Source: an uncultured Parachlamydiaceae bacterium
GTDB taxonomy: Bacteria; Chlamydiota; Chlamydiia; Chlamydiales; Parachlamydiaceae
Direction: 5' to 3'
DNA length: 64,000 bases
Assembly: GCA_963742415.1 (NCBI GenBank)
Contig: CAVULX010000002.1
Location: forward strand, 64,001 to 128,000
Below the pieces are notes generated by a model that saw nothing but the letters and a program-made list of their open reading frames with translations, ran no database searches and was not told the origin of the DNA. Below are positions 10,484-21,876 of the stretch, in pieces. The position numbers and the translations under genes were made by a program. Each line of letters begins with the position of its first letter. Position 1 is the stretch's first letter.

Positions 10484-11653
10484 TTAAAACAAATCAAATT
10501 CAAGCAAGCGAGAGTCTATTCCACTATTGTTAATCACATGACGCTTTTTCGGAGCAAGACCAATTTCTTTTGCCAACTCGGACTGGCTGGTAAATATAAA
10601 TCCTCGAGCCGGCTTAGCGCTCCGCAGTTTCATAAAGTCTCCTAAAGCCCGATACAAAGGTTTAAGATTTTCCCCCTGCTCCAGCCGTTTCCCATGAGGG
10701 GGATTTGTAAATACCAGCGAGGGCTTTTGCGGGGGAATATAGTCCCGAAAATCATTTTGCATAATCTCTATAGCAGGGTGAAAACCTGCTGCTCGTATAT
10801 TTGTCTTGCAAACACGCACCGCATTTTTGTTATTGTCACAACCAAAAAACTGCCCTGCAACTAATTCCTTTCGTTTCTTATCCATGCCAGCTTTGATTTT
10901 GAGCCAAGCCTCCTGGGAAAATCCCGGCAGCAGCATAAATCCCCATGAAGAGCGTAAATAGCCAGGGGGTGTCTTTGTCGCCATCAAAGCAGCTTCTATC
11001 AGCAGGGTTCCCGAACCGCAGCATGGATCGCAAAATACTTCTTGTCCTTCAAAATTGGCCAGCGAAAGAAGGGCAGCCGCCACAGTTTCCTTCACGGGGG
11101 CCTCCACACTCTCTTGCCTGTACCCCCTCTTATGCAGAGGAATACCCGAAGTATCAAAGCTGATCACGGCAAAGGGTTCATTGATAAATAGGTTTAATTG
11201 GATATCCGGACGAGCGACATTGATGTTTGGGCGATACCCTTTTTCCTGCCTCAACTGATCGCAAATAGCGTCTTTGACCACCTGGGCGGCAAAAAGGCTA
11301 TGCCTAAGCTGTTTGTGAGTTACATTTGCATCAATAGCCAATGTTTTGCCCTTGGGTATAAAACGACTCCAATCAATTTCAGAGATCTCTTTATATAATG
11401 ATCGCGCGTTATAACAACGAAACTTCTTCAACGGAAGCAAAACACGGCTGGCTAGCCTAGAGCCATAATTAATCTTATAAATTTCTTCATAAATCTTTTC
11501 AGAAGAAGTTTGAACATAGACCCCACGAAAGCTCTGTTTTAACTTTTGACACCCAAACCCCTCGAGTTCCTTCTCTAATAAACTTTCTATCTCTTCCCCA
11601 CAGGTGACAAAAAGCTCATCCTTAGGAAAATTCTCTTTTTCCCTTTCTTTCAT
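10484..11653 (-). CDS. rlmL: THUMP-domain rRNA methyltransferase, RlmL-like
   Basis: SRLASRVL, LHKRGYR, APVKETVAAALL, DPCCGSGTLLIEAA and TNPPHG motifs. Confidence 0.75.
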   Translation of the reverse strand: MKEREKENFPKDELFVTCGEEIESLLEKELEGFGCQKLKQSFRGVYVQTSSEKIYEEIYKINYGSRLASRVLLPLKKFRCYNARSLYKEISEIDWSRFIPKGKTLAIDANVTHKQLRHSLFAAQVVKDAICDQLRQEKGYRPNINVARPDIQLNLFINEPFAVISFDTSGIPLHKRGYRQESVEAPVKETVAAALLSLANFEGQEVFCDPCCGSGTLLIEAALMATKTPPGYLRSSWGFMLLPGFSQEAWLKIKAGMDKKRKELVAGQFFGCDNNKNAVRVCKTNIRAAGFHPAIEIMQNDFRDYIPPQKPSLVFTNPPHGKRLEQGENLKPLYRALGDFMKLRSAKPARGFIFTSQSELAKEIGLAPKKRHVINNSGIDSRLLEFDLF

Positions 11654-11702
11654 CTTCGTTCCTTCATTTTTGCATTAAAAAGATCAATAAGTTCCAGGCA
11701 TG

Positions 11703-12797
11703 CTAGTGATGCATGAAAATAATGACATCACCATCTTTAACGACATAATCCTTCCCTTCAAAGCGAACTTTCCCCATTTCCCGAGCTCCATTGCGCCCCC
11801 GAAATTTCACCATATCTTCATATGTGACAACTTCAGCCCTTACAAACCCCTTTTGTAAATCGGTATGGATTTTACCCGCGGCTTCGATCGCCGGGGTACC
11901 ATTTTTGAGGGTCCACGCACGCGTTTCCATTTCCCCCGTAGTTAAAAAGGTAATGAGATTCAACATCCCAAAGGAGGCATGGATAAGCCTTTGCAATCCC
12001 GATTCTTTCAGACCCAAGCTTTCCAGGTACAAAGTACGTTCAACAGGGGGCAGTTGCGCAATTTCCTCCTCTATCTTAGCACAGATGGCAATGACCCGGT
12101 TCCCTTCTGCTTCAGCATATTCCCGGACTTTGGCCACATATTCGTTTTCCATCCCTGGGAGATCTTTTTCATCTATATTAGCGGCATATAAAACTTTTTT
12201 ATTTGTCAAAAAAGGGTAGGGCTTGAGTAATTCTTGTTCTTCAGGAGTTAATTCCAAAAGGCGGATCGGCTTATTTTGATCCAAACATTTCTGCACTTTT
12301 TTCAAGGCTAAAATAACCTCCTCCTGCTCCTTTTTCCCTTTGGCCTGCTTTTCCAAACGGCTCAAAGAATTCTCAACCATTTGCATATCCGCCAGGCACA
12401 GCTCTAAATTGATCACCTGGATGTCTTGAATAGGGTCTATCTTGCCCGCCACGTGGATAATATCCGACGATTCAAAGCATCTCACAACATGGACAATGGC
12501 ATCTGTCTCTCGAATGTTGGCAAGGAATTGGTTGCCTAACCCCTCCCCTTTCGAAGCTCCCTCAACCAAACCGGCAATATCGACAAATTGCATCGTTGCA
12601 TACACAATTTTACCGCTATTTGAAAGTTGAGCTAAGCTCTGCAGCCGGGGATCAAACACGTCCACAATTCCAATATTAGGCTCTATGGTGCAAAAAGGAT
12701 AATTGGACGCTGCCGCCATAATCGATGTTAATGCATTAAACAGCGTCGATTTGCCGACATTGGGAAGTCCAACAATACCACAAGAAAGACCAGGCAT
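11703..12797 (-). CDS. ychF: Redox-regulated ATPase YchF
   Basis: [48 protein letters not shown] and C-terminal TGS domain ([11 protein letters not shown]). ATG at 12797 preferred as start. Confidence 0.95.
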   Translation of the reverse strand: MPGLSCGIVGLPNVGKSTLFNALTSIMAAASNYPFCTIEPNIGIVDVFDPRLQSLAQLSNSGKIVYATMQFVDIAGLVEGASKGEGLGNQFLANIRETDAIVHVVRCFESSDIIHVAGKIDPIQDIQVINLELCLADMQMVENSLSRLEKQAKGKKEQEEVILALKKVQKCLDQNKPIRLLELTPEEQELLKPYPFLTNKKVLYAANIDEKDLPGMENEYVAKVREYAEAEGNRVIAICAKIEEEIAQLPPVERTLYLESLGLKESGLQRLIHASFGMLNLITFLTTGEMETRAWTLKNGTPAIEAAGKIHTDLQKGFVRAEVVTYEDMVKFRGRNGAREMGKVRFEGKDYVVKDGDVIIFMHH

Positions 12798-12874
12798 AAA
12801 TTTAAACCTCAATTAATACTTATTTCAAAACAAATACAATAGCATAACTCATATAATAAATATTCATTTTTTTC

Positions 12875-12904
12875 TTGACACTCGTAAAATTCATTATCTA
12901 TACT
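12875..12904 (+). promoter_or_regulatory. sigma70/sigma66-type promoter of the T3SS sctU operon
   Basis: TTGACA-N18-TATACT, about 125 bp upstream of sctU. Confidence 0.55.
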
Positions 12905-13027
12905 TAAAGTATACGGTAGTTTTGAAAGAGTTATAATGTTTTTTTAAGCGAGTGGGTTTTTTTCTGCGTGTTAAGGGCTGCCCTAAAATTCTCGGGATAA
13001 TAAAAGCGGCATTTAAAGAGGCTAATT

Positions 13028-14104
13028 ATGGCTGAAAAAACCGAAAAAGCAACCCCTAAAAAATTAAGGGATGCAAAAAAGAAGGGGCAAGTCGCCAAAT
13101 CGCAAGATTTGCCTTCCGCTTTTACGTTTATCGTGTCTATTTGGCTGACTGTCGGCCTTTCTCAATTCGTTTACTATAACATGAGCGAATTCACCGTAGG
13201 GGCTTTTCGCATGATTCCCCATGCAGATTTAACGAAAATTGTAACCCAACTATGGATGAATTCCTTTAGCGTCATCTTTATCTGCAGCATTCCCATCCTC
13301 GCAATCGTGTCCCTCCTAGGAGTTGTCGTCAACTTCCTGGTCGTCGGTCCCGTCTTTGCCCCAGAGGTTTTTAAATTCGACCCTAAAAAATTCGATCCAA
13401 TTCAAAATCTTAAAGCTAAATTTAAGATGAAGACTTTCATCGAACTTATCAAATCCATCCTTAAAATAGGGGTCGCGTCGTACTTGATTTATAACGTCAT
13501 GTATAATAGCTTGCCCGTTCTTATTAGAACAGTCTCCGTCCCAACAAGCGCCGCATTGCTCATCTTCAATGAATTCCTTATGGAAGTCGTTTTGAAGGTT
13601 GGCCTCTTCTTCCTCATCGTAGCCGTTTTTGACTTCGCCTATCAGAAATTTGACTTCGCTAAAGAAATGATGATGGAAAAGTTTGAAGTAAAACAAGAAT
13701 ATAAGAATACTGAAGGCGATCCGCACATTAAAAGCAAACGGCGTCAAATAGCCCAAGAAATTGCTTATTCCGAAGGCCCGGCGGGAGGTGTCCGCAGAGC
13801 GCAAGCTGTAGTCACTAACCCGACCCATATCGCTGTCGCCATCGGCTATAATAAGGAATTGGACTCAGCCCCTTATATCATTGCAATGGGGCAAGATATT
13901 CTTGCCGAAAGAATTGTCACCCTAGCAAAAAGGTATGAAATCCCTATTGTACGCAATATAAAATTGGCACGAAAATTGTGGGATGAAGGCGACGTCCATG
14001 AATTTGTGCCTGAAGAAACTTACGAAGCTATTGCCGAAGTGCTGCGATGGATTAATTCTTTGAACACAGAAGACGCCTATGAATATTCAGAACGATCAGA
14101 ATAA
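13028..14104 (+). CDS. sctU: Type III secretion export switch protein SctU/CdsU
   Basis: MAEKTEKATPKKLRDAKKKGQV N-terminus and NPTH autocleavage motif. Confidence 0.95.
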   Translation: MAEKTEKATPKKLRDAKKKGQVAKSQDLPSAFTFIVSIWLTVGLSQFVYYNMSEFTVGAFRMIPHADLTKIVTQLWMNSFSVIFICSIPILAIVSLLGVVVNFLVVGPVFAPEVFKFDPKKFDPIQNLKAKFKMKTFIELIKSILKIGVASYLIYNVMYNSLPVLIRTVSVPTSAALLIFNEFLMEVVLKVGLFFLIVAVFDFAYQKFDFAKEMMMEKFEVKQEYKNTEGDPHIKSKRRQIAQEIAYSEGPAGGVRRAQAVVTNPTHIAVAIGYNKELDSAPYIIAMGQDILAERIVTLAKRYEIPIVRNIKLARKLWDEGDVHEFVPEETYEAIAEVLRWINSLNTEDAYEYSERSE

Positions 14105-14119
14105 TTGGAGAATCTATTA

Positions 14120-16274
14120 ATGGGTTTAATTAGAAAAATTTTGGATGGAATCACTGCCCGGCTGGGAGGGGAGCGTTCGTTAGATACCATTTCTCGCTCT
14201 AGCGACCTTGTTCTCGCAGGGGTTATCATTGGTATTTTAGCGATGATCATTTTACCTGTCGGCCCCAATATCATCGACTACCTTATCGCCTAAACCTCAC
14301 CGTCTCGTTTCTCTCCTGATGGTTGCCCTCTATATCCCCAGTGCCGTCCACCTCTCTATTTTCCCGTCCCTCTTATTGATCACAACTCTCTATCGCCTCG
14401 GCGTCAACATCGCTTCTACCCGCCAGATTCTTTTGCACGCCAACGCCGGTCACATCATCTTCCCATTCGGGAACTTTGTCGTCGGGGGTAACTTCGTCGT
14501 TGGCGGTGTTATCTTCTTAATCATCACCATCGTCCAGTTCATCGTGATCGTTAAAGGTGCTGAACGGGTCGCCGAAGTCGCTGCTCGCTTTACTTTGGAT
14601 GCTATGCCGGGTAAGCAAATGAGTATCGACGCCGACATGCGTTCCGGGATTCTCGATTCCAACCAAGCCCGCGAAAAACGTCTGGCCATCCAAAAGGAAA
14701 GCCAACTGTATGGTGCCATGGACGGTGCCATGAAATTCGTTAAAGGAGATGCCATTGCCGGTATCGTCATCACCCTGATTAACATCGGCGGCGGTATCAT
14801 GATCGGGATGGGCATCCACGAGATGAAAGCCATGGACGCTGTCCAAACCTATTCTCTTTTATCCATTGGAGATGGTTTAGTCACCCAAATTCCCGCCCTT
14901 TTGATCTCTATCACTGCCGGTATCGTCACCACCCGCGTATCTAGCGAAAAAGAATCGACTAACTTGGGTAGTGAAATTTCAGGTCAATTGTTAAAACAAC
15001 CTAAAGCTTTACTTATTGCAGCCGGGTTTTTAATGGGCATGGGAGTCCTTCCGGGCTTCCCCACAGCTCCGTTTATGATCTTGTCCGCAGCCCTTGGATT
15101 GATCGGCTATGCCCTCTGGACAAATGAGGCCCAAAGAACAGCTGCTGCTACAGCCGGCGGGGTTACCTCTATGGAAGCTCCGACAATGGAAACTTCGGTC
15201 AAAGGCCACAAGGTCATCGCGGGAGGTGGAATAGATAGCTATGCTTTAACATTGCCTGTCATCCTCGAATGTGGAAAAAACCTCAGCTTAGAAGTTCAAA
15301 AAACCCCTAAAGGGCAGGGTTTCATCGACCAAATGATCCCCAAAATGCGCCAAGCGCTTTACCACGATTTAGGGGTCCGCTTCCCGGGTGTCCACGTCCG
15401 CACCGACTCCCCCATCCTCGACAAAGATGAATATTCTATCCATTTAAATGAAGTGCCTATTGTCCGGGGAAAAGTCGTAGAAGGGTACGTTTTGACCAAC
15501 GAAACTGAAGAAAATCTAAAACGATATAACCTCCCTTTCACTTCCTATAAAAACTCCTTGGGATTGCCTTCTCTTTGGGTCGAAGCCAAACACAAGGAAC
15601 TCCTGGAAAAAGCCGGCATCAAATTCTGGAACCACCTGGAAGTGATGATCCTGCACCTCTCTTACTTTTTCCGCCATTATGCCAATGAGTTTGTCGGGAT
15701 CCAAGAGGTCAAATCGATGCTCGAATTTATGGAAAAATCCTTCCCCGATCTAATCAAAGAAGTGACCCGGCTGATCCCGCTCCAAAAAATGACCGATATT
15801 TTCAAACGGCTGATTCAGGAACAAATTTCCATCAAAGACCTCCGTACAATCATGGAAGCCCTAAGCGAATGGGCCCAAACCGAAAAAGATACTGTTCTTC
15901 TGACTGAATATGTACGCTCTTCCTTGAAGCGCTATATCAGCTATAAATACTCACAAGGGCAATCGGTCTTATCCGTCTACATCCTCGACCCCGAAATCGA
16001 AGACATGGTGCGCGGCGCTATCAAGCAAACCTCCGCAGGCTCCTATTTGGCCCTCGACCCAGATTCCGTTCAGCTGATTTTGCAAGCGGTGAGAAATACC
16101 GTTGCTCCACCTCCACCCGGAGGCCAGCCCCCAGTCATCCTCACAGCCATTGACGTCCGCCGCTTTGTGCGCAAACTGATCGAAATGGAGTTTACCGATA
16201 TTTCTGTTGTCTCGTATCAAGAAATTGTCCCTGAAATACGAATTCAACCATTAGGAAGGATCCAAATATCTTAA
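14120..16274 (+). CDS. sctV: Type III secretion export gate SctV/CdsV (LcrD); apparent indels at about 14290-14315
   Basis: GAERVAEVAARFTLDAMPGKQMSIDAD and GAMDGAMKFVKGDAIAG. The N-terminal part (14120-14293) and main ORF (14319-) join if two single bases are restored (..LIA[I]NLTVS[V]SLLMVALY). Confidence 0.9.
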
Positions 16275-16327
16275 AGGGCACGGATGCCCATAGTATCTTG
16301 ATTTGATTCTCTCCAAGGAGGGGGAGT

Positions 16328-17530
16328 ATGCCAGATCTAGGAGGAATTCAACGCGGCCATGTTAACGTCACGCTTGAGGCAATGAAAGCAGTTGCCAAAG
16401 AAGAAGCTGCTGAACTGCGCGCTGAACAGCAAGAAAGCCAAGTGGCCTTTCTCGACGCCCAAAAAGATGCTGTCAACCCATTTGCCACCCGCGTCAAATC
16501 AGAAAAATCACTCGCCTCTCGCCGCGGTGCGATCAAAAAAAATGTCAAAGCCGGAGAAAAAGCCTACCGTCTTCTACCCATTGAACAAATCAAAGATTCC
16601 GCCGAGCAGTTTCAAAGGCGCAATCCGGAACTCAGAGCAACCACGCTCCAAATGCTCCGCGAGGCCATCAAACCCGGTGATACTAAAGAAGAAATCCTAA
16701 AAAAAATTCAAGAGTTCTATCCAGACGTTTCCTTAGCCGATGAAGCTTTGGAATTTTTACTGGAAACAACAGATGGAGAACTCTACCGTACCATTCAAGA
16801 AGCTAAACAAGATTTTAACGCCCTTTATGGCAGAGAAATCATCGCCGGACGCAACATCAGCGCTCAAGCTCGCCAAGCAGCCGAAAAAGGGTTAGGAACC
16901 CCCACAAATTTGAGAGATCTTTATCGGGATATCACAGCCAATCCTCGCGAATCCTCGCTCCTCTTCGAGGAGCTCGCCAACCGTTATTCCTTCAAAGAAC
17001 TTAAAAAAGTCATCGATTTTCTCCTTCACTCTTTAGGCGCAGATATGAAAGCTAAAGGAACTTCTATCCCCCGCGGCCTTCTCCACCGGCTCTTCACCGA
17101 AACACGTTCCCTGCAAGCTATCCTGGGTGTGTACCGCTTCTTTAAGGGACGGATGGGATTAATGGAAAAATTATTCGAAAAAGAAGGGCTCGACCTTCCA
17201 GATCAACTGACTTTTGAATCCATGGCCAAACAATTCATGGCTCTAGCCAGCGAACGGTATCCTTCAGCAAGTAAAGTCCTTCAGCTTGCCCTCAAGCTGG
17301 GAATAGAAAAATGGCTCATCGCTAAAATCATTGTCTTCAGCCAGCTCCGCGATGCTATCCGGGAAGTCGCCGTTAACCAGATTTACAAATCGATTCAACA
17401 CCGCGATGAGCTGTACATGGCGATCATCGAAGCCTTAGAAGACCTCGAAGATGAGTTAGAAGAAATTTCAGAAAGGGAAGAAGAAGGGGAAGGCGAGGAA
17501 GAGGAGGAAGAAGAAGAGGAGGAAGAATAA
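16328..17530 (+). CDS. copN: T3SS gatekeeper CopN/SctW
   Basis: Position after sctV. RRNPEL, DVSLADEALEFLLETT, GRNI and LRDLYRDIT motifs; acidic tail. Confidence 0.85.
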   Translation: MPDLGGIQRGHVNVTLEAMKAVAKEEAAELRAEQQESQVAFLDAQKDAVNPFATRVKSEKSLASRRGAIKKNVKAGEKAYRLLPIEQIKDSAEQFQRRNPELRATTLQMLREAIKPGDTKEEILKKIQEFYPDVSLADEALEFLLETTDGELYRTIQEAKQDFNALYGREIIAGRNISAQARQAAEKGLGTPTNLRDLYRDITANPRESSLLFEELANRYSFKELKKVIDFLLHSLGADMKAKGTSIPRGLLHRLFTETRSLQAILGVYRFFKGRMGLMEKLFEKEGLDLPDQLTFESMAKQFMALASERYPSASKVLQLALKLGIEKWLIAKIIVFSQLRDAIREVAVNQIYKSIQHRDELYMAIIEALEDLEDELEEISEREEEGEGEEEEEEEEEEE

Positions 17531-17531
17531 T

Positions 17532-17987
17532 ATGGTAAAAGCTTTATTTGATAATCTCCTAGAGGAATTAGGAAAAACCATCGGAATTCCTACCTTGCAT
17601 CCCGATAATAATAATTCCTGCTTAATTACCTTCCCCAATGGATTGCAAATGCAATTGGAAATGGATTCACAAGCTCTAAACATTCTACTAGGATGCGATC
17701 TAGGCTCTATTCCTCAAGGACGCTACCGGGAAAATGTTTTCCGAGAAGCGTTGAAAAATAATGGCCTCCCCGCTGCCCGCGCCATTTTAGCCTTCAGCGA
17801 AAAAACCGAGCACATGGTGCTGTTTGAATATATCAACACCAAAGACCTTACAGGGGAAAAAATCGCTGATGAGATAGCTCCTTTCACAGAAAAAGCCCTC
17901 CAATGGAAATCAGCTTTGGAACATGGGGATATCCCCTCCAGCTCCAATGTCTATACTTCCTCCGGCATGTTCGGCCTTCGTCCTTGA
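17532..17987 (+). CDS. scc1: T3SS chaperone Scc1 (CesT/SycE family)
   Basis: 151 aa with LHPDNNNSCLI and GRYRENVFREALKNN; directly after copN as in Chlamydia. Confidence 0.8.
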   Translation: MVKALFDNLLEELGKTIGIPTLHPDNNNSCLITFPNGLQMQLEMDSQALNILLGCDLGSIPQGRYRENVFREALKNNGLPAARAILAFSEKTEHMVLFEYINTKDLTGEKIADEIAPFTEKALQWKSALEHGDIPSSSNVYTSSGMFGLRP

Positions 17988-18025
17988 CAAATAAAAAAAA
18001 ACGCTTTTATTTTAATACCAAGACT

Positions 18026-19612
18026 ATGGCAATTCAAGCAGACTCATTACTTTCAACACCCGCTGGAACACAATGGCGCGAAATTGGCGTACGGCATCAT
18101 CATGGAATCAATGTTCCCCTATTTTCCCTCCGCAGCCGCTCCAGCTGTGGAATTGGTGAGTACACCGATCTTCTTCCTCTCATCGAATGGTGCCAACAAA
18201 TTGGCTTCGATGTGATCCAGCTTCTTCCTCTTAATGATGGAGGCCTAGACACAAGCCCTTATTGCGCCCTTTCCGCTTCAGCCCTTAATCCCCTTCATCT
18301 TGGCTTGTCCCACCTCAAAAACATCGAAAATGTACCTCACTGCCAAGAACAGCTCGATAGCCTGCGCGCCCTTTGCTCATCCCAATGGGTCGACTATGAA
18401 AAAGTGCGCACCCTTAAAGATCGATTTTTACGCGCTTATTTCCATGTGCAAGGTCCTTCCATCCTTTCAAGCTATGACTACCTCCTATTCTTAAGCCGCC
18501 ACCCTTGGTTAGATAGCTACGCCCTATTCAAATCTTTAAAGTTGGCGAAGCATTGGCAATCATGGAATGAATGGCCTGAAGACCTGAAAAATATTTCTAC
18601 CCAATCCTACCACCATCTCCTGCATGAATATAAAAAAGAGATGGATTTCCACCGATTTATTCAATATCTGTGTTTTCAGCAGCTTATCAGCATAAAAAAT
18701 AAAGCCACAGAAAAGGGCATTTTCTTAAAGGGGGACATCCCCATCCTCATTAACCGGGAAAGCTCCGATGTTTGGCGATACCGCCATTTTTTCTCCTTAG
18801 ATCGAGAAGCAGGCGCCCCTCCCGATATGTACGCAGAAGAGGGTCAAAACTGGGGTTTTCCTTTATACCACTGGGATAGCATGGAGTTTCACCACTTTAG
18901 CTGGTGGAAACAACGTCTGCACACAGCCAGCTCTTTTTACCATCTTTACCGCCTCGATCACATCGTAGGTTTTTTCCGGATTTGGGCCATACCCCTCGGA
19001 AAAAAAGGCTCCGAAGGAAGCTTTATCCCTTCAAATAAAGATCTCTGGATCCCCCAAGGGGAAAAGATTTTGCAAGTCATGTTAAAACACTGCTCGCTCC
19101 TCCCTATCGGAGAAGATTTAGGTGTTGTCCCACCGGAAGTGCGCTCTTGCTTAAAACAGCTGGGGATCTGCGGCACCAAAGTGATGCGCTGGGAACGGAT
19201 GTGGAATGAAGACAAAAGATTTATCGATCCCAAAAATTATCCTATCGATAGTATGACAACTGTCTCCACGCATGACTCCGATACATTATTTTTATGGTGG
19301 AAAAATAGTCCTGATGAGGCTCAAGAATATGCCAAATACAAGGGATGGTCCTATACACCCGAACTTTCCCCCGAACATCAGAAAGAAATTTTATTCGACA
19401 GCCACCACTCAGGAAGCTTATTCCACATCAACCTGCTCAATGAATACTTGGCTCTCATCCCGGGTATGACATGGCCTGATCACGCCGACGAACGGATCAA
19501 TTTTCCTGGCCTCATCTCGAATAGAAATTGGACCTATCGCTTCCGCCCTTATGTCGAAGATATTGTCTCCAACACCCCTCTCACCCAACTCATGCACAAT
19601 CTAATAACCTAA
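18026..19612 (+). CDS. malQ: 4-alpha-glucanotransferase (GH77)
   Basis: IQLLPLND, SPYCALSA, GDIPILI, GAPPDMY, GQNWGFP, RLDHIVGFFRIW and IGEDLG motifs. ATG at 18026. Confidence 0.93.
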   Translation: MAIQADSLLSTPAGTQWREIGVRHHHGINVPLFSLRSRSSCGIGEYTDLLPLIEWCQQIGFDVIQLLPLNDGGLDTSPYCALSASALNPLHLGLSHLKNIENVPHCQEQLDSLRALCSSQWVDYEKVRTLKDRFLRAYFHVQGPSILSSYDYLLFLSRHPWLDSYALFKSLKLAKHWQSWNEWPEDLKNISTQSYHHLLHEYKKEMDFHRFIQYLCFQQLISIKNKATEKGIFLKGDIPILINRESSDVWRYRHFFSLDREAGAPPDMYAEEGQNWGFPLYHWDSMEFHHFSWWKQRLHTASSFYHLYRLDHIVGFFRIWAIPLGKKGSEGSFIPSNKDLWIPQGEKILQVMLKHCSLLPIGEDLGVVPPEVRSCLKQLGICGTKVMRWERMWNEDKRFIDPKNYPIDSMTTVSTHDSDTLFLWWKNSPDEAQEYAKYKGWSYTPELSPEHQKEILFDSHHSGSLFHINLLNEYLALIPGMTWPDHADERINFPGLISNRNWTYRFRPYVEDIVSNTPLTQLMHNLIT

Positions 19613-19694
19613 GTTTTGTTTCAGAAAATTCCTTTCTAAAAATAACATCAGGCTTATATACTGTGGCAAACAATTACAAACCGAGGAATCTCTT

Positions 19695-20234
19695 ATGATT
19701 TATATGGACGGAGTTCAAAGTTTCATTGTTCCAAGAGATAGCACTCATTTATCTGCACTTGAGCAGAGCAGCCTCCACACTGACGAAAGAAGTCCTTTAC
19801 TAAAATGGTTTAAGTCAACAATAGGCAATAATCGATTTGCCGAATTGCCTAGAGTTATATTAAACGGTCAAGAACCTCCCGAAAGTCTCCAATGCCACCG
19901 TCTAATTCATTTAGCATTTCAACAAGAATTTTTTGCAAATACTCCCCCTTCTATCATCTATGGAAAAACTCTCAGCAATGCCGCTTTCGTAGCCATCAAA
20001 GTTCTTAATAAAATCCAGCATAAAGAATGCATTTTAGTTTTATCTGAAAAAAGAAGCCACCTTGACCAAAGTTTGAATTTTTATGTAACCGACGTTCATT
20101 TTAACCCTAACCGCTTTGACCACTCAACTACCCGAATGGATCAAAGGCTACAACAACGTATAATCCGATTTTTGAAGGGTGAACCTAGCGAATCATTAGT
20201 CATCCCAAACTTATTTGCCAATGCTAAGTTATAA
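19695..20234 (+). CDS. Hypothetical protein
   Basis: 179-aa ORF with GAGG RBS upstream; no recognised motif. Confidence 0.6.
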   Translation: MIYMDGVQSFIVPRDSTHLSALEQSSLHTDERSPLLKWFKSTIGNNRFAELPRVILNGQEPPESLQCHRLIHLAFQQEFFANTPPSIIYGKTLSNAAFVAIKVLNKIQHKECILVLSEKRSHLDQSLNFYVTDVHFNPNRFDHSTTRMDQRLQQRIIRFLKGEPSESLVIPNLFANAKL

Positions 20235-21840
20235 TTGTATAACGGCAACAATGGAACAATTTTTTTTTCTAAACCGCAAATGTAAAAAAACTCTTTTCCT
20301 GAGGGGGAGCAAACTCCTGAGCTTGTTGAGCTCATTCATTATCTTATCAGGGGCAACCCCTTCCCCCGCTAAAGTACGAGCCCTATACAATAGCCTTGAT
20401 CCAAAATCTTTACCCCAACACCTCGCGTTTTATAAGCTTTATAAAGAAACTCCTGAAGGGGAAAAATCTCTAAAAGATGCTTGGCAGCTTCTGTCAAAGT
20501 CTTTTCCTGCCTCCAACATCCCACCTCCTATACTGCCAACCACAATCGAAACCATTATCTCACTTGTTAACAAACAACCCGATCATCAAAACATTACTCT
20601 AGATCCATATGAATTAGCTGAAATCGAAAAACTTTCCTCCTCCCTACCCCACCTAAAACTTAAAGGACATTATGCTCTAACGGAAGAAGCCGTCCTCGCT
20701 TTGCCAACAGAAGAGGTCGACCTTGCACGAGGATTACTCCTCAGCCAACTACCCCCAACCCCAGATCGTCTTAGCATTATTCGCAGCTACGAAGCAACCC
20801 TCGATTTAATGGCCCTGCAAATTCTAACCCAAGTTGACATGCAGTCCACGCCAGAAAAAAAAATTAGGGCTCTAAACAATTTTATTTTCGAGGAAATGGG
20901 TTACCGCTTCCCCCCCCATTCCCTTTATGCAAAAGATATCGACCTTTACACTTTCCTCCCCTCTGTCCTCGATTCACGCCGCGGCGTTTGCCTAGGGGTA
21001 TCTATCCTCTACCTGTGCTTAGCGCAACGGCTGAGCCTTAACTTGGAAATTGTCACACCCCCCGGACACATTTTTGTGCGGTACCACGATGGAAATAAAA
21101 CAATTAACATCGAAACCACAGCTAGGGGGATCCATCTCGATTCGGAAGAATATCTTGGGATTGACACTCGCCAGCTGCAGCAACGAGCCATCAAAGATGT
21201 CACTGGCCTTGCTCACTACAACCAAGCCTCCGTTTATTGGCAACAGAATGACTATGCAAAAGCCCTTGCCTCCTATAGGAAAGCCCTCCCTTACCTGCCC
21301 GAGGACATGCTTTTAAAAGAACTGATGGCTTACAATTGCTTGTTTGAAGGACTCTATGAAGAAGCCAAGCAACTTCTCGAGCTCGTCAAAGATCATCTGC
21401 CTGAATACGCCATATCCAAACAAACTATCTCAGAAGATTACTTAAAGGGTAACGTCAACATAGAAGGAATCAAGCCTCTCTTCATGCATGTCGATGAAAA
21501 GCGGGAATCAATCTTAAAAAAAAGGGATGCCCTGGAAGCCGTCTTGAAACAATATCCCGCTTTTCGAGCAGGGATCTTCAGCCTTGCGATCACATGGCTT
21601 CAACTCCATCGCTTCGATGAAGCTTTAACCCTCCTAGAACGGTATCATGCTTTGGATTCCAATGACTCCACAGCCGAATATTACCTCGCTGTCATCTATG
21701 CAGAAAGGCTAGATTATAATAAATCTTGGAACCATCTGCACAACGCAGAAGCGATCACTGCCGTCCATCAACACCACCCCAAAGTCCTTAAAGAATTCCG
21801 TAAAGAATTGTCACGCCTTTGTCCCGAGTTCCTTGAATAG
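20215..21840 (+). CDS. Transglutaminase-like (SirB1-type) + TPR protein; start uncertain
   Basis: SVLDSRRGVCLGVSILY...PGHIFVRY...NIETT core followed by TPR-like helices. Confidence 0.7.
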   Translation: MPMLSYNCITATMEQFFFLNRKCKKTLFLRGSKLLSLLSSFIILSGATPSPAKVRALYNSLDPKSLPQHLAFYKLYKETPEGEKSLKDAWQLLSKSFPASNIPPPILPTTIETIISLVNKQPDHQNITLDPYELAEIEKLSSSLPHLKLKGHYALTEEAVLALPTEEVDLARGLLLSQLPPTPDRLSIIRSYEATLDLMALQILTQVDMQSTPEKKIRALNNFIFEEMGYRFPPHSLYAKDIDLYTFLPSVLDSRRGVCLGVSILYLCLAQRLSLNLEIVTPPGHIFVRYHDGNKTINIETTARGIHLDSEEYLGIDTRQLQQRAIKDVTGLAHYNQASVYWQQNDYAKALASYRKALPYLPEDMLLKELMAYNCLFEGLYEEAKQLLELVKDHLPEYAISKQTISEDYLKGNVNIEGIKPLFMHVDEKRESILKKRDALEAVLKQYPAFRAGIFSLAITWLQLHRFDEALTLLERYHALDSNDSTAEYYLAVIYAERLDYNKSWNHLHNAEAITAVHQHHPKVLKEFRKELSRLCPEFLE

Positions 21841-21876
21841 CAATCTTTTTTCTTTTCATATTTTGGGGCAGCTTCT

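Noticed and set aside
17440-17530. GAA/GAG-rich repeat
   Set aside because: Encodes the poly-Glu tail of CopN.
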